A DNA stretch of 64,000 nt from a virus. How positions within the stretch are numbered: position 1 is the stretch's first letter; the number at the start of each line of letters is the position of its first letter. Under the pieces are notes generated by a model, which searched no databases, was not told the origin of the DNA, and worked only from the letters and a program-made list of their open reading frames with translations. Both the position numbers and the translations under genes were made by a program. Location of the stretch: the IMG/VR virus record IMGVR_UViG_3300003873_000004, positions 31,269 through 95,268 of that record. One strand, 5' to 3'. This document shows positions 10,002 to 19,890 of the stretch, in pieces.

Positions 10002-12125
10002 ATGAAAAAGAAAACTGAATTGCTGGCTAAAATGATGGCCGCAGAAGATATTAACGTCATCTTCTCAAATGCTAAAACCGCCAGTTTCAATCCCGTATCC
10101 AGAACATTAGCAATGCCAACATTTGTAGAAGACTCACCAGAGTGTGTACGATTTGGTTTCGTAGCACATGAAATTTCGCATGCTATTCACACACCAGCGG
10201 TAGAAAAAGTTACCCCGATTCTGAACATTGTCGAAGATATACGCATTGAGAAGTTGATCAAGCGTAAATTTCGCGGTTCTGCCAATTACATTTCAAAAAT
10301 GTATGAATACTTATGGAGCGAAAACTTTTTTGGTTGTAATGAAGATGGAATCAACACCAAGAATTTTCTAGATCGCTTGAATGTTTATGCTAAGACCAAA
10401 GATTCTAAAAACGCTCCTAGTGTTCATTTTTCTGATGAAGAACAAAAGTTGGTTGATCGTTCTTTCCTTACGACGTCATTTGAAGATGTGCTGTCACTAT
10501 GTGAAGAAATCAAAGAGTTCATGAAAAATCAACAGCAAAATGAAGAACCAGAAACTACAAAAGAAATTCGCCGCGATAGTGACGAATCAGAAGAACAGAA
10601 AGAAAGTCAAGTTGAAGAATCTGATGCTGACGAAGAAGAAACTGACGAAGAGTCAGAAGAAAGCGAAAAACAAGAGTCTGAAGTGGATGAAGAGGAATCC
10701 CAAGACGAATCAGAAGAACAGAAAGAAAGTCAAGTTGAAGAATCTGATGCTGACGAAGAAGAAACTGACGAAGAAGAAACTGACGAAGTCAAACCATCAG
10801 GTCAGCTTGACGGCGAGACGATTCAAGAAGAATTTGAGCCAGAATCAGAAACTCAAGATCAACTAGATAACGCTTTCAATGAAATGGTAGATAAAGAAAA
10901 GAAAAGTGAAGATGTTGCTATGGTTGGAAGTTTTCCAGAAGATTTGATCCACAAAGACGGGGTTATCGAATTTCTCGAGAAGAAAATGAAATATACAAAA
11001 GGCGGTATCACGTATGGTACTGGCATACATCGTCGATATGTCAGCAATGTGGTTTTGCTTCTTGATTCAGATGACAGAACTGCGAAATTTATCAATGATG
11101 CTAAGGCTCAGGTAGCTTTGCTTTGTAAACAATTCGACATGAAAAAACGGGCTTCTCTATTTTCGAAGAGTAAAATCGCATCTACTGGGGAACTTGATGT
11201 GAATTTGCTGTCAGAATATAAATTTAAAGATGACCTATTCTTGAAAGATGAAATCTTACCAAAAGGAAAGAATCATGGTTTGGTGCTGCTGATAGACTTT
11301 TCGTATTCAATGGAGAGCCGAATAGATGCCACGTGCAAACAAGCTGCTGTTTTGGCGCTGTTTGCTAGAAAGGCTAACATCCCATTGAAAATATATGGGT
11401 TTACGACAGCACGATGGCGTGGATTTGATGCCAAGAAATTTGATGTTTCTGAGCAGGAAATCAACATTGGCAAAGCTGTTATTTTTCAGATTATTGACAC
11501 ATCAATCAAAGTTTCAAAATCTGATTTTGTTCGCGTCATTAAATTGTTGACACATGCCCCGACATGGTTTTATGATATTTCTGGAATGACTCCAATGTCA
11601 ACTACAGCAATGGTGGTCAGCGATGACGTTATTCGCTGGAAATCAAAAAATCAAATCGAACGCGTTAGCACATTGTTTCTTACTGATGGTGCTTCACACT
11701 ATCCGGTTAAGAAAAACATTGATCCTAAAATAGACAAAGATTTTCTAGTTTTTTATGGAAAATTGTTTGACACTAAAACCAAAAAGAAGCACGAAAGTTC
11801 CGATATGAGGTCGGCTTATAAAATATACAAAGATCGTACACAATCATCAATTGGAACAATGTTTATCGCCACAAGAAAAGATTTTCGTTATATTGTTAAT
11901 GCCAAAGACTTTTCTGAATTGAAAGCAGAAGGTATTGTGAAAGTTGATTATATGAGCGACGTTGTTGATGCCTATTTTTACATGACTGACGAAGATCGGC
12001 TTTCCGATGTCGCTGACATGGAAATCGAAGAAGGAAAAGCTGCTGGTCGATCGTTCACAAAGAAAGCCCGCGCTAAAGCCAAGTCGATAGTGTTTGTTAC
12101 ATACTTTGCTGAACTGCTCGGATAG
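10002..12125 (+). CDS. CobT-like HExxH metallopeptidase + vWA protein
   Basis: HEISH, acidic linker, MIDAS DFSYS...T...TDG; adjacent to a MoxR/CobS ATPase. Confidence 0.8.
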   Translation: MKKKTELLAKMMAAEDINVIFSNAKTASFNPVSRTLAMPTFVEDSPECVRFGFVAHEISHAIHTPAVEKVTPILNIVEDIRIEKLIKRKFRGSANYISKMYEYLWSENFFGCNEDGINTKNFLDRLNVYAKTKDSKNAPSVHFSDEEQKLVDRSFLTTSFEDVLSLCEEIKEFMKNQQQNEEPETTKEIRRDSDESEEQKESQVEESDADEEETDEESEESEKQESEVDEEESQDESEEQKESQVEESDADEEETDEEETDEVKPSGQLDGETIQEEFEPESETQDQLDNAFNEMVDKEKKSEDVAMVGSFPEDLIHKDGVIEFLEKKMKYTKGGITYGTGIHRRYVSNVVLLLDSDDRTAKFINDAKAQVALLCKQFDMKKRASLFSKSKIASTGELDVNLLSEYKFKDDLFLKDEILPKGKNHGLVLLIDFSYSMESRIDATCKQAAVLALFARKANIPLKIYGFTTARWRGFDAKKFDVSEQEINIGKAVIFQIIDTSIKVSKSDFVRVIKLLTHAPTWFYDISGMTPMSTTAMVVSDDVIRWKSKNQIERVSTLFLTDGASHYPVKKNIDPKIDKDFLVFYGKLFDTKTKKKHESSDMRSAYKIYKDRTQSSIGTMFIATRKDFRYIVNAKDFSELKAEGIVKVDYMSDVVDAYFYMTDEDRLSDVADMEIEEGKAAGRSFTKKARAKAKSIVFVTYFAELLG
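10581..10774 (+). repeat. 71-bp in-frame direct repeat in the acidic linker
   Basis: 10581-10651 identical to 10704-10774. Confidence 0.9.
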
Positions 12126-12196
12126 GTGCTTGACAAACAGAGCAAAAGGGTCTAGACTTATTGTATTGACAGAGACAAACCACAGGAGATTTAATT

Positions 12197-12382
12197 ATGG
12201 CACAAGAAGTATCAATTACAGATTTTGAAAAGCAAGTGAAAAGAGCCAAAGACGTTTTTGCTTATGTTGAAGGAATTGGATACCTCAAGGTAACCAAACA
12301 ATCTTTGCTTGCTACTGTCGACAACTATCCAGAAGACGACTATTTTTTCAGGCCCGACGAAAATGCGGTTTATATCAATTAA
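12197..12382 (+). CDS. small protein sharing its first 12 codons with the next gene
   Basis: MAQEVSITDFEK also starts ORF 12453; promoter and SD also duplicated. Confidence 0.75.
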   Translation: MAQEVSITDFEKQVKRAKDVFAYVEGIGYLKVTKQSLLATVDNYPEDDYFFRPDENAVYIN

Positions 12383-12452
12383 CGCTTGACAAACAGGTTA
12401 AAAGAGTCTAGACTTATTGTATTGACAGAGACAAACCACAGGAGATTTAATT

Positions 12453-13364
12453 ATGGCACAAGAAGTATCAATTACAGATTTTGAAAAGGGCGTTCTTGCT
12501 GAATATGGAACCAACGAATTATGTCGTCGAAAGATTGTTGAGTTTGCTAAGAAATATGATTACCGGGTTCCAAAACAGGTTTGGAATAACAAAACGTCAG
12601 AGAAGCGCGGCGCGACATATATTGTATCGGAACAACAAGTAACCAAGACTCAGACAGTAGATCAGAGTCAGCTAGTTGAAACACCAATAGCGGTAAAACC
12701 AAAGGCTGAAGTCGAAATGGTCGGTGGTATCAAAGCTATCCGTAGTACGGAAACACGTTACACCATCGACAAAGATCCAAACTTCATCCGTTGGGGCAAC
12801 TTTTCAGACTTTCGAGCAATCATCAAAGCAAATCGTTTCTTTCCCACTTTTGTCACTGGGTTGTCTGGTAACGGTAAGACTACAGGAATCGAGCAGGCTT
12901 GCGCGGCAGAGGGTCGAGAATGTATTCGATTCAACTTCACTCGTGAAACTGGTGCGGACGATTTGCTTGGCGGGCTTAGGCTGATTGACGGAGATACTGT
13001 TTTTCAGTATGGTCCGATTGCTGAGGCATATATGCGTGGAGCAATCCTTATACTGGACGAATGTCTAGAAGAAAACGAAGAGGTTCGAGTTGGAAAGGTG
13101 AACGAATGGGTTCCAATGAAACTCAAGGATATGAATTTTGGCCAAACTTACCCTGTAGTGTCATTTAATCAAGATACTGGAAAGTTTGAAAACGATACGG
13201 CTTCTATTATTTCGGATAAAGATGACGATCTTTACGAAGTTGAATTGGAAGATGGTTCGACAGTTGTTGTAAACTCGAAGCATCCGTTTGTGGTTGGCGA
13301 CGGCAAAGAAACCAAAACAATAGAAGATGGACTTATTGTAGGTGCCGAAGTGGTCGTTGCTTAA
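12453..13364 (+). CDS. CobS/MoxR AAA+ ATPase N-part fused to split intein N-half (13062-13361)
   Basis: GLSGNGKT, ILILDE, then CLEENEEV...VNSKHPF (intein blocks A/B), then stop. Confidence 0.92.
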   Translation: MAQEVSITDFEKGVLAEYGTNELCRRKIVEFAKKYDYRVPKQVWNNKTSEKRGATYIVSEQQVTKTQTVDQSQLVETPIAVKPKAEVEMVGGIKAIRSTETRYTIDKDPNFIRWGNFSDFRAIIKANRFFPTFVTGLSGNGKTTGIEQACAAEGRECIRFNFTRETGADDLLGGLRLIDGDTVFQYGPIAEAYMRGAILILDECLEENEEVRVGKVNEWVPMKLKDMNFGQTYPVVSFNQDTGKFENDTASIISDKDDDLYEVELEDGSTVVVNSKHPFVVGDGKETKTIEDGLIVGAEVVVA

Positions 13365-13404
13365 TTCATGTAATTCCAAAAACTGAAATTATATAAATAA
13401 AGAT

Positions 13405-14553
13405 ATGGATATAAATTATATAAACTTCGTTAAAGAAAATTTGGATTGGTATATAGAAAATGTTACGATTCCTGGGACAGTAGACATATATGATGGTGTT
13501 TATCACAATAGGTCTATTGCCCGGGACAAGTATAAAGAAATACAGCAAATAGATGTCGAGAAAGCTTGCCCAACGTGTGGTAAGAAATTCACCAGAAATA
13601 TTCGACACAAGAAAATATATTGTGGTTCCACCTGTCGTTATGGAGCAAAGAGGTCGACAAAGAAATATAGAACAAGAGAGAAAACCAACATCGTAACATA
13701 CTCAGGATTACAGGAAGTTCTCACAGAACTCAGAAAAATTAACGCTATCGAATATTTAAAAAACTACACCTTCCAAAATAAACCAATACAAAAGACAAAC
13801 ACCAAGAAAATCCGAGAGATACTTACGTTGTTTTCTAAAGACGACACCTTCGATGTTATTTTTGTAGACGGTTCGTTTGGGAAGATACCAGTGAAAAGAA
13901 CCCAGTTTTCTGAGGATTATTTAGCAAAGGCCATAAAATTAGGCATTCTCAACGAAGGTTCATCATACGACGAAATATACAAAACGAAATTTCCAGACGC
14001 GTATGCCAAATGTATAAAATGCGGAAATGACTTTTTGAAATACAAATATAGTCAAACCGAGAAACGGTTAATTAGGAATATTATGTATGACCTTTGTTCT
14101 TATAAATGTATATGTGATTCAAGAAATGAATTATATCCAGTATCAGACGAAACAAGGCAGCGGCAGTCGAACACTACAAAGTCTATTATAGCCAAAGGGC
14201 TGTTTACGCCAATCAACAATGCTATGAGGGGCAGAAAACAATCAACCAGCGAAAAATACGGAGAGGAAGTAAAATTCGATAGTTCCTGGGAGAAAAAGTT
14301 TTACGAGGAATATGAATATGAATTAAAACGAAGCACCCCTAGAATAGAATATATCTCTCCAATCGACAACAAATCCCACATATATGTTGTTGATTTTTTC
14401 GACAACAGAACAAAAACGATGATAGAAATCAAGCCGTCTTGCCACGTTTCTGATGAAGTTATAGTTGCTAAGACGGCAGCGGCAAAATTATGGGCAGAAG
14501 AACACGAGTGTACATTTAAAATTATCACGGAAAAAGATTATGATTTCTCTTGA
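13405..14553 (+). CDS. free-standing putative homing endonuclease (Zn fingers + TnsA-like PD-(D/E)XK domain)
   Basis: CPTC, CIKC; C-terminal DSSWE...YVVDF...IEIKP; TATAAATA upstream. Confidence 0.78.
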   Translation: MDINYINFVKENLDWYIENVTIPGTVDIYDGVYHNRSIARDKYKEIQQIDVEKACPTCGKKFTRNIRHKKIYCGSTCRYGAKRSTKKYRTREKTNIVTYSGLQEVLTELRKINAIEYLKNYTFQNKPIQKTNTKKIREILTLFSKDDTFDVIFVDGSFGKIPVKRTQFSEDYLAKAIKLGILNEGSSYDEIYKTKFPDAYAKCIKCGNDFLKYKYSQTEKRLIRNIMYDLCSYKCICDSRNELYPVSDETRQRQSNTTKSIIAKGLFTPINNAMRGRKQSTSEKYGEEVKFDSSWEKKFYEEYEYELKRSTPRIEYISPIDNKSHIYVVDFFDNRTKTMIEIKPSCHVSDEVIVAKTAAAKLWAEEHECTFKIITEKDYDFS

Positions 14554-14616
14554 CAAAGTGTTCGAAAGGGTCTAGACTTATTGTATTGAAAGAGACAAAT
14601 CAAAGGAGAATTTATT

Positions 14617-15285
14617 ATGGAAACAAAAAAAGTAGTTTCAATCAAAAAAGTAGGTCGCGGGCATGTCCGCAATTTGTGTGTAAACAAAAATCACACGTTC
14701 GTCACATCTAACGGAATAGTTACCCACAATTGCGACCTAGCAGATGCTAGAATAATGTGCCTTCAATCAGTTCTCGAAGGCAAGCCAATTTTCCTGCCAA
14801 AACTTGGTAAGAAAATTCATCCGGCTAAGGGATTCAATGTGTTTGCTACTGCTAATACCAAAGGTAAAGGTTCAGATAGTGGGCAATTCATGGGAACAAA
14901 TGTCATGAATGAAGCATTTCTTGATCGGTTTTCAATCACCATTGAACAGAGTTATCCAGCCGCGGCGATTGAGAAGAAGATCGTCAGTAAATATGCCACT
15001 GACTATTTCGGCCATGTTCTCAGTTTGCGAGATCAGACGGTTTGTGATAACTTGGTAACTTGGGCACAGATCACCCGCAAGAGTTTCCTGGAAGGTTCAA
15101 TTGACGAACTGATTTCGACTCGTCGACTGATTGCTACGGTTGAGTCGTATGCCATTTTCGGTTCAAATATCGAAAAGAGTATTGAATATGCTACGAACAG
15201 GTTTGATGACGATACTAAGGAAAGCTTCGTGGAACTGTACAAGCAAATCGATTCTGGTATGAAAACATTTGAGGAGGACGAATAA
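14617..15285 (+). CDS. split intein C-half (14617-14730) fused to AAA+ ATPase C-part
   Basis: METKKVVSIKK...NHTFVTSNGIVTHN|CDLAD...ATANTKG...NEAFLDRF...ISTRRL; own promoter at 14550. Confidence 0.92.
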   Translation: METKKVVSIKKVGRGHVRNLCVNKNHTFVTSNGIVTHNCDLADARIMCLQSVLEGKPIFLPKLGKKIHPAKGFNVFATANTKGKGSDSGQFMGTNVMNEAFLDRFSITIEQSYPAAAIEKKIVSKYATDYFGHVLSLRDQTVCDNLVTWAQITRKSFLEGSIDELISTRRLIATVESYAIFGSNIEKSIEYATNRFDDDTKESFVELYKQIDSGMKTFEEDE

Positions 15286-15296
15286 GGAGATAAAAT

Positions 15297-15557
15297 ATGA
15301 AGAAAACAATGATCACATCAGCATTGCTAGTTTTTGGAGCAACCACAGCACAGGCAGGATGGCTTGGAAATGCCGCAATGAATGCTGTATCGGGCAGTAG
15401 CGAAACAAAACAGCCGACGGCACAATATCAGCTAGAAGTAACAGGTACGAACGTACGGGTATATGAATGGCAACCGAAAGGTAGCAATAATGTTCGATGT
15501 GTGTTCGTTACTGGTTCTAAAAATTCATCTGGCGTTGCTTGTTATCGAGTGAAATGA
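15297..15557 (+). CDS. small exported protein
   Basis: Signal peptide MKKTMITSALLVFGATTAQA; SD. Confidence 0.75.
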   Translation: MKKTMITSALLVFGATTAQAGWLGNAAMNAVSGSSETKQPTAQYQLEVTGTNVRVYEWQPKGSNNVRCVFVTGSKNSSGVACYRVK

Positions 15558-15562
15558 TTGCG

Positions 15563-15649
15563 TGGCAGGTTGGCGAATGGTTGAAACCGCCCGGCTCATA
15601 ACCGGATTGCGAAAGCACACTGTAGGTTCGAATCCTACCCTGCCGACCA
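15563..15649 (+). tRNA. tRNA with CAT anticodon (Met/Ile2) and long variable arm
   Basis: Acceptor TGGCAGG/CCTGCCG-A-CCA; loop CTCATAA; T-loop GGTTCGAATCC. Confidence 0.85.
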
Positions 15650-15709
15650 ATTGATCCTTGACAATAGCATCAGAATAGTTTAGATTATCAAAATACAAAA
15701 GGAGAACGA

Positions 15710-16387
15710 ATGAAAATTTCAAAAGAAACACTGGAAGCACTAAAAAACTTTTCAGAGATCAATCAGAGCTTGGTCTTACGTGAAGGTCAGACACAGAAAA
15801 CTATCGCGCTGGCGAAAAATATTCTCGCAGAAGTATCGTTGACAGACACTTTTCCGAAAACTGTAGGGATTTATGACCTGTCAGAACTATTATCCATCCT
15901 GTCTATCATGCCGGATGCGGATGTAGAATTTGGTGACACTTCGATGAACATTACATCTGGAACAATGAAGACGAAGTTTGTCTATTCTGATGTTTCTAAT
16001 ATTCATCCAGAAACACCAGCAAAAACTATCGATGAAATCATGCCGGCAGTAGATGTAGAATTTGATCTTACTAAAAAGACACTAAATTCAGCATTGAAGA
16101 TGTCTGGTGTGATGAATCTTGAAGATTTACAGTTCACAGTGGTTGCCGGTAAGCTGGTTCTTCGTGTGACTGATCTATCATCAAGTTCAAGTAATAGTTC
16201 AGATATCGAAATTTGTGATATGGCGGGCACCTTTGATTTCAATTTCAAGTCAGAACGATTACAGAAATTGCTCGCAGACGATTATCATGTGAGTATTAGT
16301 TCGAAGTTTGTGTCCCGATTTGTTGGTTCAAACATCGATTCTGATTATCTGGTATCTCTGGAACAGACTTCTACATATGAGGCGTAG
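15710..16387 (+). CDS. 45: sliding clamp gp45
   Basis: MKISKETLEALKNFSEINQS...IYDLSELL. Confidence 0.95.
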   Translation: MKISKETLEALKNFSEINQSLVLREGQTQKTIALAKNILAEVSLTDTFPKTVGIYDLSELLSILSIMPDADVEFGDTSMNITSGTMKTKFVYSDVSNIHPETPAKTIDEIMPAVDVEFDLTKKTLNSALKMSGVMNLEDLQFTVVAGKLVLRVTDLSSSSSNSSDIEICDMAGTFDFNFKSERLQKLLADDYHVSISSKFVSRFVGSNIDSDYLVSLEQTSTYEA

Positions 16388-16390
16388 TTT

Positions 16391-17350
16391 ATGTCAATGA
16401 AAAATTTATTTCGAAATGACGACTACTTATTTACGAACAAATACATGCCAAATCATGTATCTGAGATGATACTTCCAAAGAGAATCAAAGATGTATTTCT
16501 GGAAATGGTGAACAACGGCAAAGGTCAGACACTATTATTGAATGGGCCTCCTGGAGTAGGTAAGACGAGTGTTTCTCTTTGTATTGCTAATGATCTAAAT
16601 GCTGATGTGATGTTCGTAAATGCTTCTCTTGAAGGAAACATGGACTTATTGCGAAATAAGGTCTCTGACTTTGCTTCCAGTGTATCGATGGAAAATTCCG
16701 GCAAGAAAAAGGTTATTATACTCGACGAAATCGAGGGGGTTTCCCCAGCGGTTCAATTATCTTTGCGTGGAATGTTAGAAAAGTTCTCAAAAAATGTGAT
16801 TTTTATTCTAACCACAAATTTCAAGAATCGTCTAATTCCACCCCTGATTTCTAGGTGTAATGTGACCGACTTCATTTTTGACAATGACGAAAAGGTCGAG
16901 ATGCAAGCTGGAATGTTTGAACGGGTGTTGTATATTCTAAAACAAGAAAATATAACGGCAGAACCAAAGGTGATCGCGCAGTTAGTCAAGAGGTTCTTTC
17001 CAGACTTTAGACGCTTGCTGAACGAACTCCAGAAATATGGGGCTACTGGTTCCATCGATACTGGAATTCTAGGTGTAGTTGGCGATGCTCGTATTTCTGA
17101 TTTGATGAATTTGCTCAAGAATAAGAAATTTACAGAAATGAGAAAATGGGTGGCCCAATCTGATGTTGGTGATGTTCAAATCTTTCGATCAATTTATGAT
17201 ACATCTTATGATTATATTGCACCAGCTTCTATTCCAGAACTGGTTTTGATCATTGCTGATTTTCAGTACAAGGCAGCATTTGTAGCAGATGCGGAAATTA
17301 ACCTTGCTGCCTGTCTAACAACCATTATGACAGAGTGTCAATTCCAATAG
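16391..17350 (+). CDS. 44: clamp loader large subunit gp44
   Basis: GPPGVGKT, IILDE, SRC, FPDFRR. Confidence 0.95.
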   Translation: MSMKNLFRNDDYLFTNKYMPNHVSEMILPKRIKDVFLEMVNNGKGQTLLLNGPPGVGKTSVSLCIANDLNADVMFVNASLEGNMDLLRNKVSDFASSVSMENSGKKKVIILDEIEGVSPAVQLSLRGMLEKFSKNVIFILTTNFKNRLIPPLISRCNVTDFIFDNDEKVEMQAGMFERVLYILKQENITAEPKVIAQLVKRFFPDFRRLLNELQKYGATGSIDTGILGVVGDARISDLMNLLKNKKFTEMRKWVAQSDVGDVQIFRSIYDTSYDYIAPASIPELVLIIADFQYKAAFVADAEINLAACLTTIMTECQFQ

Positions 17351-17400
17351 CTTGACAAGAGCATCAGAATAGTATAGCATAAACAAACAAGGAGAATATT

Positions 17401-17643
17401 ATGAACATTGAAAAAGCGGTAAAAGAAATTATATATCTTGCTGGCGACGAATCCGCCTTGACGGAAGATTTACTTTGGGAGGATTTTGACAACAGTGACA
17501 CAGAAGATTGGGTGACGTTAGTTGATATTGTATCAAATCATGTTGGAAATATTTCTGATGCCAATGAAACAGAACTACAGATGATGTCTTTGGCCACTGG
17601 TTTCAGTGTAGTGGAATTGGAATCTGGGTTTCTAGACAACTAA
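17401..17643 (+). CDS. acidic acyl-carrier-protein-like protein
   Basis: MNIEKAVKEII...DTEDWVTLV resembles ACP IEERVKKII...DSLDTVELV; own promoter and SD. Confidence 0.45.
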   Translation: MNIEKAVKEIIYLAGDESALTEDLLWEDFDNSDTEDWVTLVDIVSNHVGNISDANETELQMMSLATGFSVVELESGFLDN

Positions 17644-18090
17644 ATGGCACTTGATATTTTTGGTGAGGAAATCGAACAGGAAGAAGTGTTTGACATTTCT
17701 AGAAAGAAATACAAAATGTTCGATTTCCTCGGGGATATTACAAAGACAAAGCGAAATATTCTAAGACAAGATTCAGATGCGGAACGTGATTATTCGCCAT
17801 GGATTATCAATAAAATGTTGTCGATGAATATAGAAACTGTATTATACTCTCAAGAGATGAACTCTAACTATGTCGCAACAAAACAAATGCAGTATGATTT
17901 CTATATATCTGCTATTCGCCCCGGATATAGAAAGATGAATTGGGTGAAGGATATAAACAACAAAGACGTGAAACTATTACAGGCTTATTATGAGATCAAT
18001 AGAGAAAAAGCAACAGACATACTTTCCGTGTTGACCAAAGAACAATTGGGAGAAATTAAAATGAAAATGGATAAAGGTGGGAAGAAATGA
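17644..18090 (+). CDS. 62: clamp loader small subunit gp62
   Basis: FDFL..I...YSPWIINK.LS...EMN...QYDF; synteny 44-62-regA. Confidence 0.9.
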   Translation: MALDIFGEEIEQEEVFDISRKKYKMFDFLGDITKTKRNILRQDSDAERDYSPWIINKMLSMNIETVLYSQEMNSNYVATKQMQYDFYISAIRPGYRKMNWVKDINNKDVKLLQAYYEINREKATDILSVLTKEQLGEIKMKMDKGGKK

Positions 18091-18545
18091 ATGATAGTTA
18101 TACAATTGACGATCTACTAGAAATCGAACTACCAAATGATGACTCTTTTCTACAAATCAAAGAGACTCTGACTCGTTGTGGTGTGGTAAATTTCAAGACA
18201 AAAACGCTATATCAGACTTGTCATATTCTTCACAAGCATGACAGATATTTCTTAGTTCACTTCAAAGAAATGTTTGCTCTGGATGGAAAATGTGCTAGGT
18301 CACATATTTCAGAAGAAGATTATGATCGCAGAAATCGAATTGCTCAGATGCTAGAAAAATGGGGATTGTGTTCACTAATCAAATCTGTGATTGTTTTTGA
18401 AGGAGAACATCGAACCAAACTGTTTGTGCTAAAATATCAGGAATCGAAAGAAATTGTTCCAGAAACAGGCAAACTGAAATGGACACTAGAAACAAAATAT
18501 GATTTCGTGTCGGATAAGGAGAAAGAAATTGCCATTGACAATTGA
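18087..18545 (+). CDS. regA: translational repressor RegA
   Basis: FL.IKETLTR.G...LYQTCHILHK..RY..VHFKE.F.LDG. Confidence 0.95.
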   Translation: MNDSYTIDDLLEIELPNDDSFLQIKETLTRCGVVNFKTKTLYQTCHILHKHDRYFLVHFKEMFALDGKCARSHISEEDYDRRNRIAQMLEKWGLCSLIKSVIVFEGEHRTKLFVLKYQESKEIVPETGKLKWTLETKYDFVSDKEKEIAIDN

Positions 18546-19044
18546 ACCTACATTAGGAATTTATCGGATATCCGAAAGCGTAGTGATGCCAAAATTTGAA
18601 ACACAAGGTGCCGCCTGCTTCGATTTGAGATATCAGCCAACAGATTGGAAAGTATTGGTTTATGATGCGCTAAACTACAAACAATATCTACAGCAACGTG
18701 AAAATGGAGAATTGTTCATCAATCCTAATGAACGGGTTCTTGTTCCAACTGGAATTATATTTGATATTCCAGAAGGATTTAGTGTTCGAATTCATATTCG
18801 AAGCTCTATGGCACTGAAACTTGGTCTGTCTCTGGCTAATAGTGAGGCCGTCATTGATTCGGATTACACACATGAATCATTTGTGATGCTTCAAAATAAT
18901 TCACAAGCGTTAGTACAGATCAACAAAGGTGACCGTATCGCACAAGCAGAATTGGTTCGAAATCAACCGGTCGAGTTAGTAAGCGTAGATCGACCACAGC
19001 AGAAAACTGACCGCACTGGCGGATTCGGAAGCACAGGAAAATGA
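18529..19044 (+). CDS. dut: trimeric dUTPase
   Basis: AACFDL, RSS, VIDSDY, RIAQ, RTGGFGSTG. Confidence 0.93.
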   Translation: MPLTIEPTLGIYRISESVVMPKFETQGAACFDLRYQPTDWKVLVYDALNYKQYLQQRENGELFINPNERVLVPTGIIFDIPEGFSVRIHIRSSMALKLGLSLANSEAVIDSDYTHESFVMLQNNSQALVQINKGDRIAQAELVRNQPVELVSVDRPQQKTDRTGGFGSTGK

Positions 19045-19298
19045 AAATCTATGTTGTTCGAGTGAGTGGAAAATATCTGAAAGGTGGTGGATGTCGATAT
19101 GAATTGGTAGACGACATTTCGAACGCTCGAACCTATTCGGCTAAAAGATATGCTAAAAATTCAATCAGACAAACTATGGAATATGAATTGGATGAAAACA
19201 AGATCAAACAGTTCGAGAACGCAGAAATATTGGAATGCGATATGGTCATTGGTGGATTTCAAGTTGACCGATTAATATTTCTGATTGACATGACCTAA
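19041..19298 (+). CDS. hypothetical protein
   Basis: ATGA overlap with dut. Confidence 0.6.
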   Translation: MKIYVVRVSGKYLKGGGCRYELVDDISNARTYSAKRYAKNSIRQTMEYELDENKIKQFENAEILECDMVIGGFQVDRLIFLIDMT

Positions 19299-19347
19299 AT
19301 ATTAGTGTAGAGTAGAGTAGATAAAGTTTTAATCAAAAGGAGAAAAA

Positions 19348-19890
19348 ATGTTTGAAATTTCAAAGAATTTTCAAATTTGTTATGCACATAGAGTATTTTC
19401 TCAGAATGTAAATGAGAAGTATTCTGGGTCTTCTGATTGTCCATGTCAAAAAATTCATGGGCATGGAGGAGTCATTACGGTAAGTTTATCTGCTCCTAGT
19501 TTAGACACTAGAGGATTTGTTATTGACTATAAGGAATTATCATTCGTTCGAGATTTTCTTGATAATAACATCGACCACAGGTTTATTATATCAGATTTGG
19601 ACCCAGGGTTTTTGAGATTGGTCGGCTATACCCCAGCACAGTTTAAAGCTATGTCATCTAAAATTTCGCTTCTTGATGAAGTAGGAATGGGATATCGAAC
19701 ATTTGATGATTCTGATGTTCATTTAGATTCATTTGTGATGATAGAAAACATTAATCCAACCAGTGAGAATTTATCGAAGTGGGTTTACGAAGGCATAGAA
19801 AAGGTCATAAATTTGTCCGAATTCGATTGCACTGTGAATTATGTCGATTGGTCAGAAACAGCAAAAACACACGCAAGGTACTCTAAATGA
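19348..19890 (+). CDS. queD: 6-carboxytetrahydropterin synthase
   Basis: AHR...CQKIHGH...IDY...DH...PTSENL...ET. Confidence 0.9.
   Translation: MFEISKNFQICYAHRVFSQNVNEKYSGSSDCPCQKIHGHGGVITVSLSAPSLDTRGFVIDYKELSFVRDFLDNNIDHRFIISDLDPGFLRLVGYTPAQFKAMSSKISLLDEVGMGYRTFDDSDVHLDSFVMIENINPTSENLSKWVYEGIEKVINLSEFDCTVNYVDWSETAKTHARYSK

Noticed and set aside
10540-10866. Lys-rich overlapping ORF and other short antisense ORFs in the track
   Set aside because: Shadow frames of real genes, without SD or promoter
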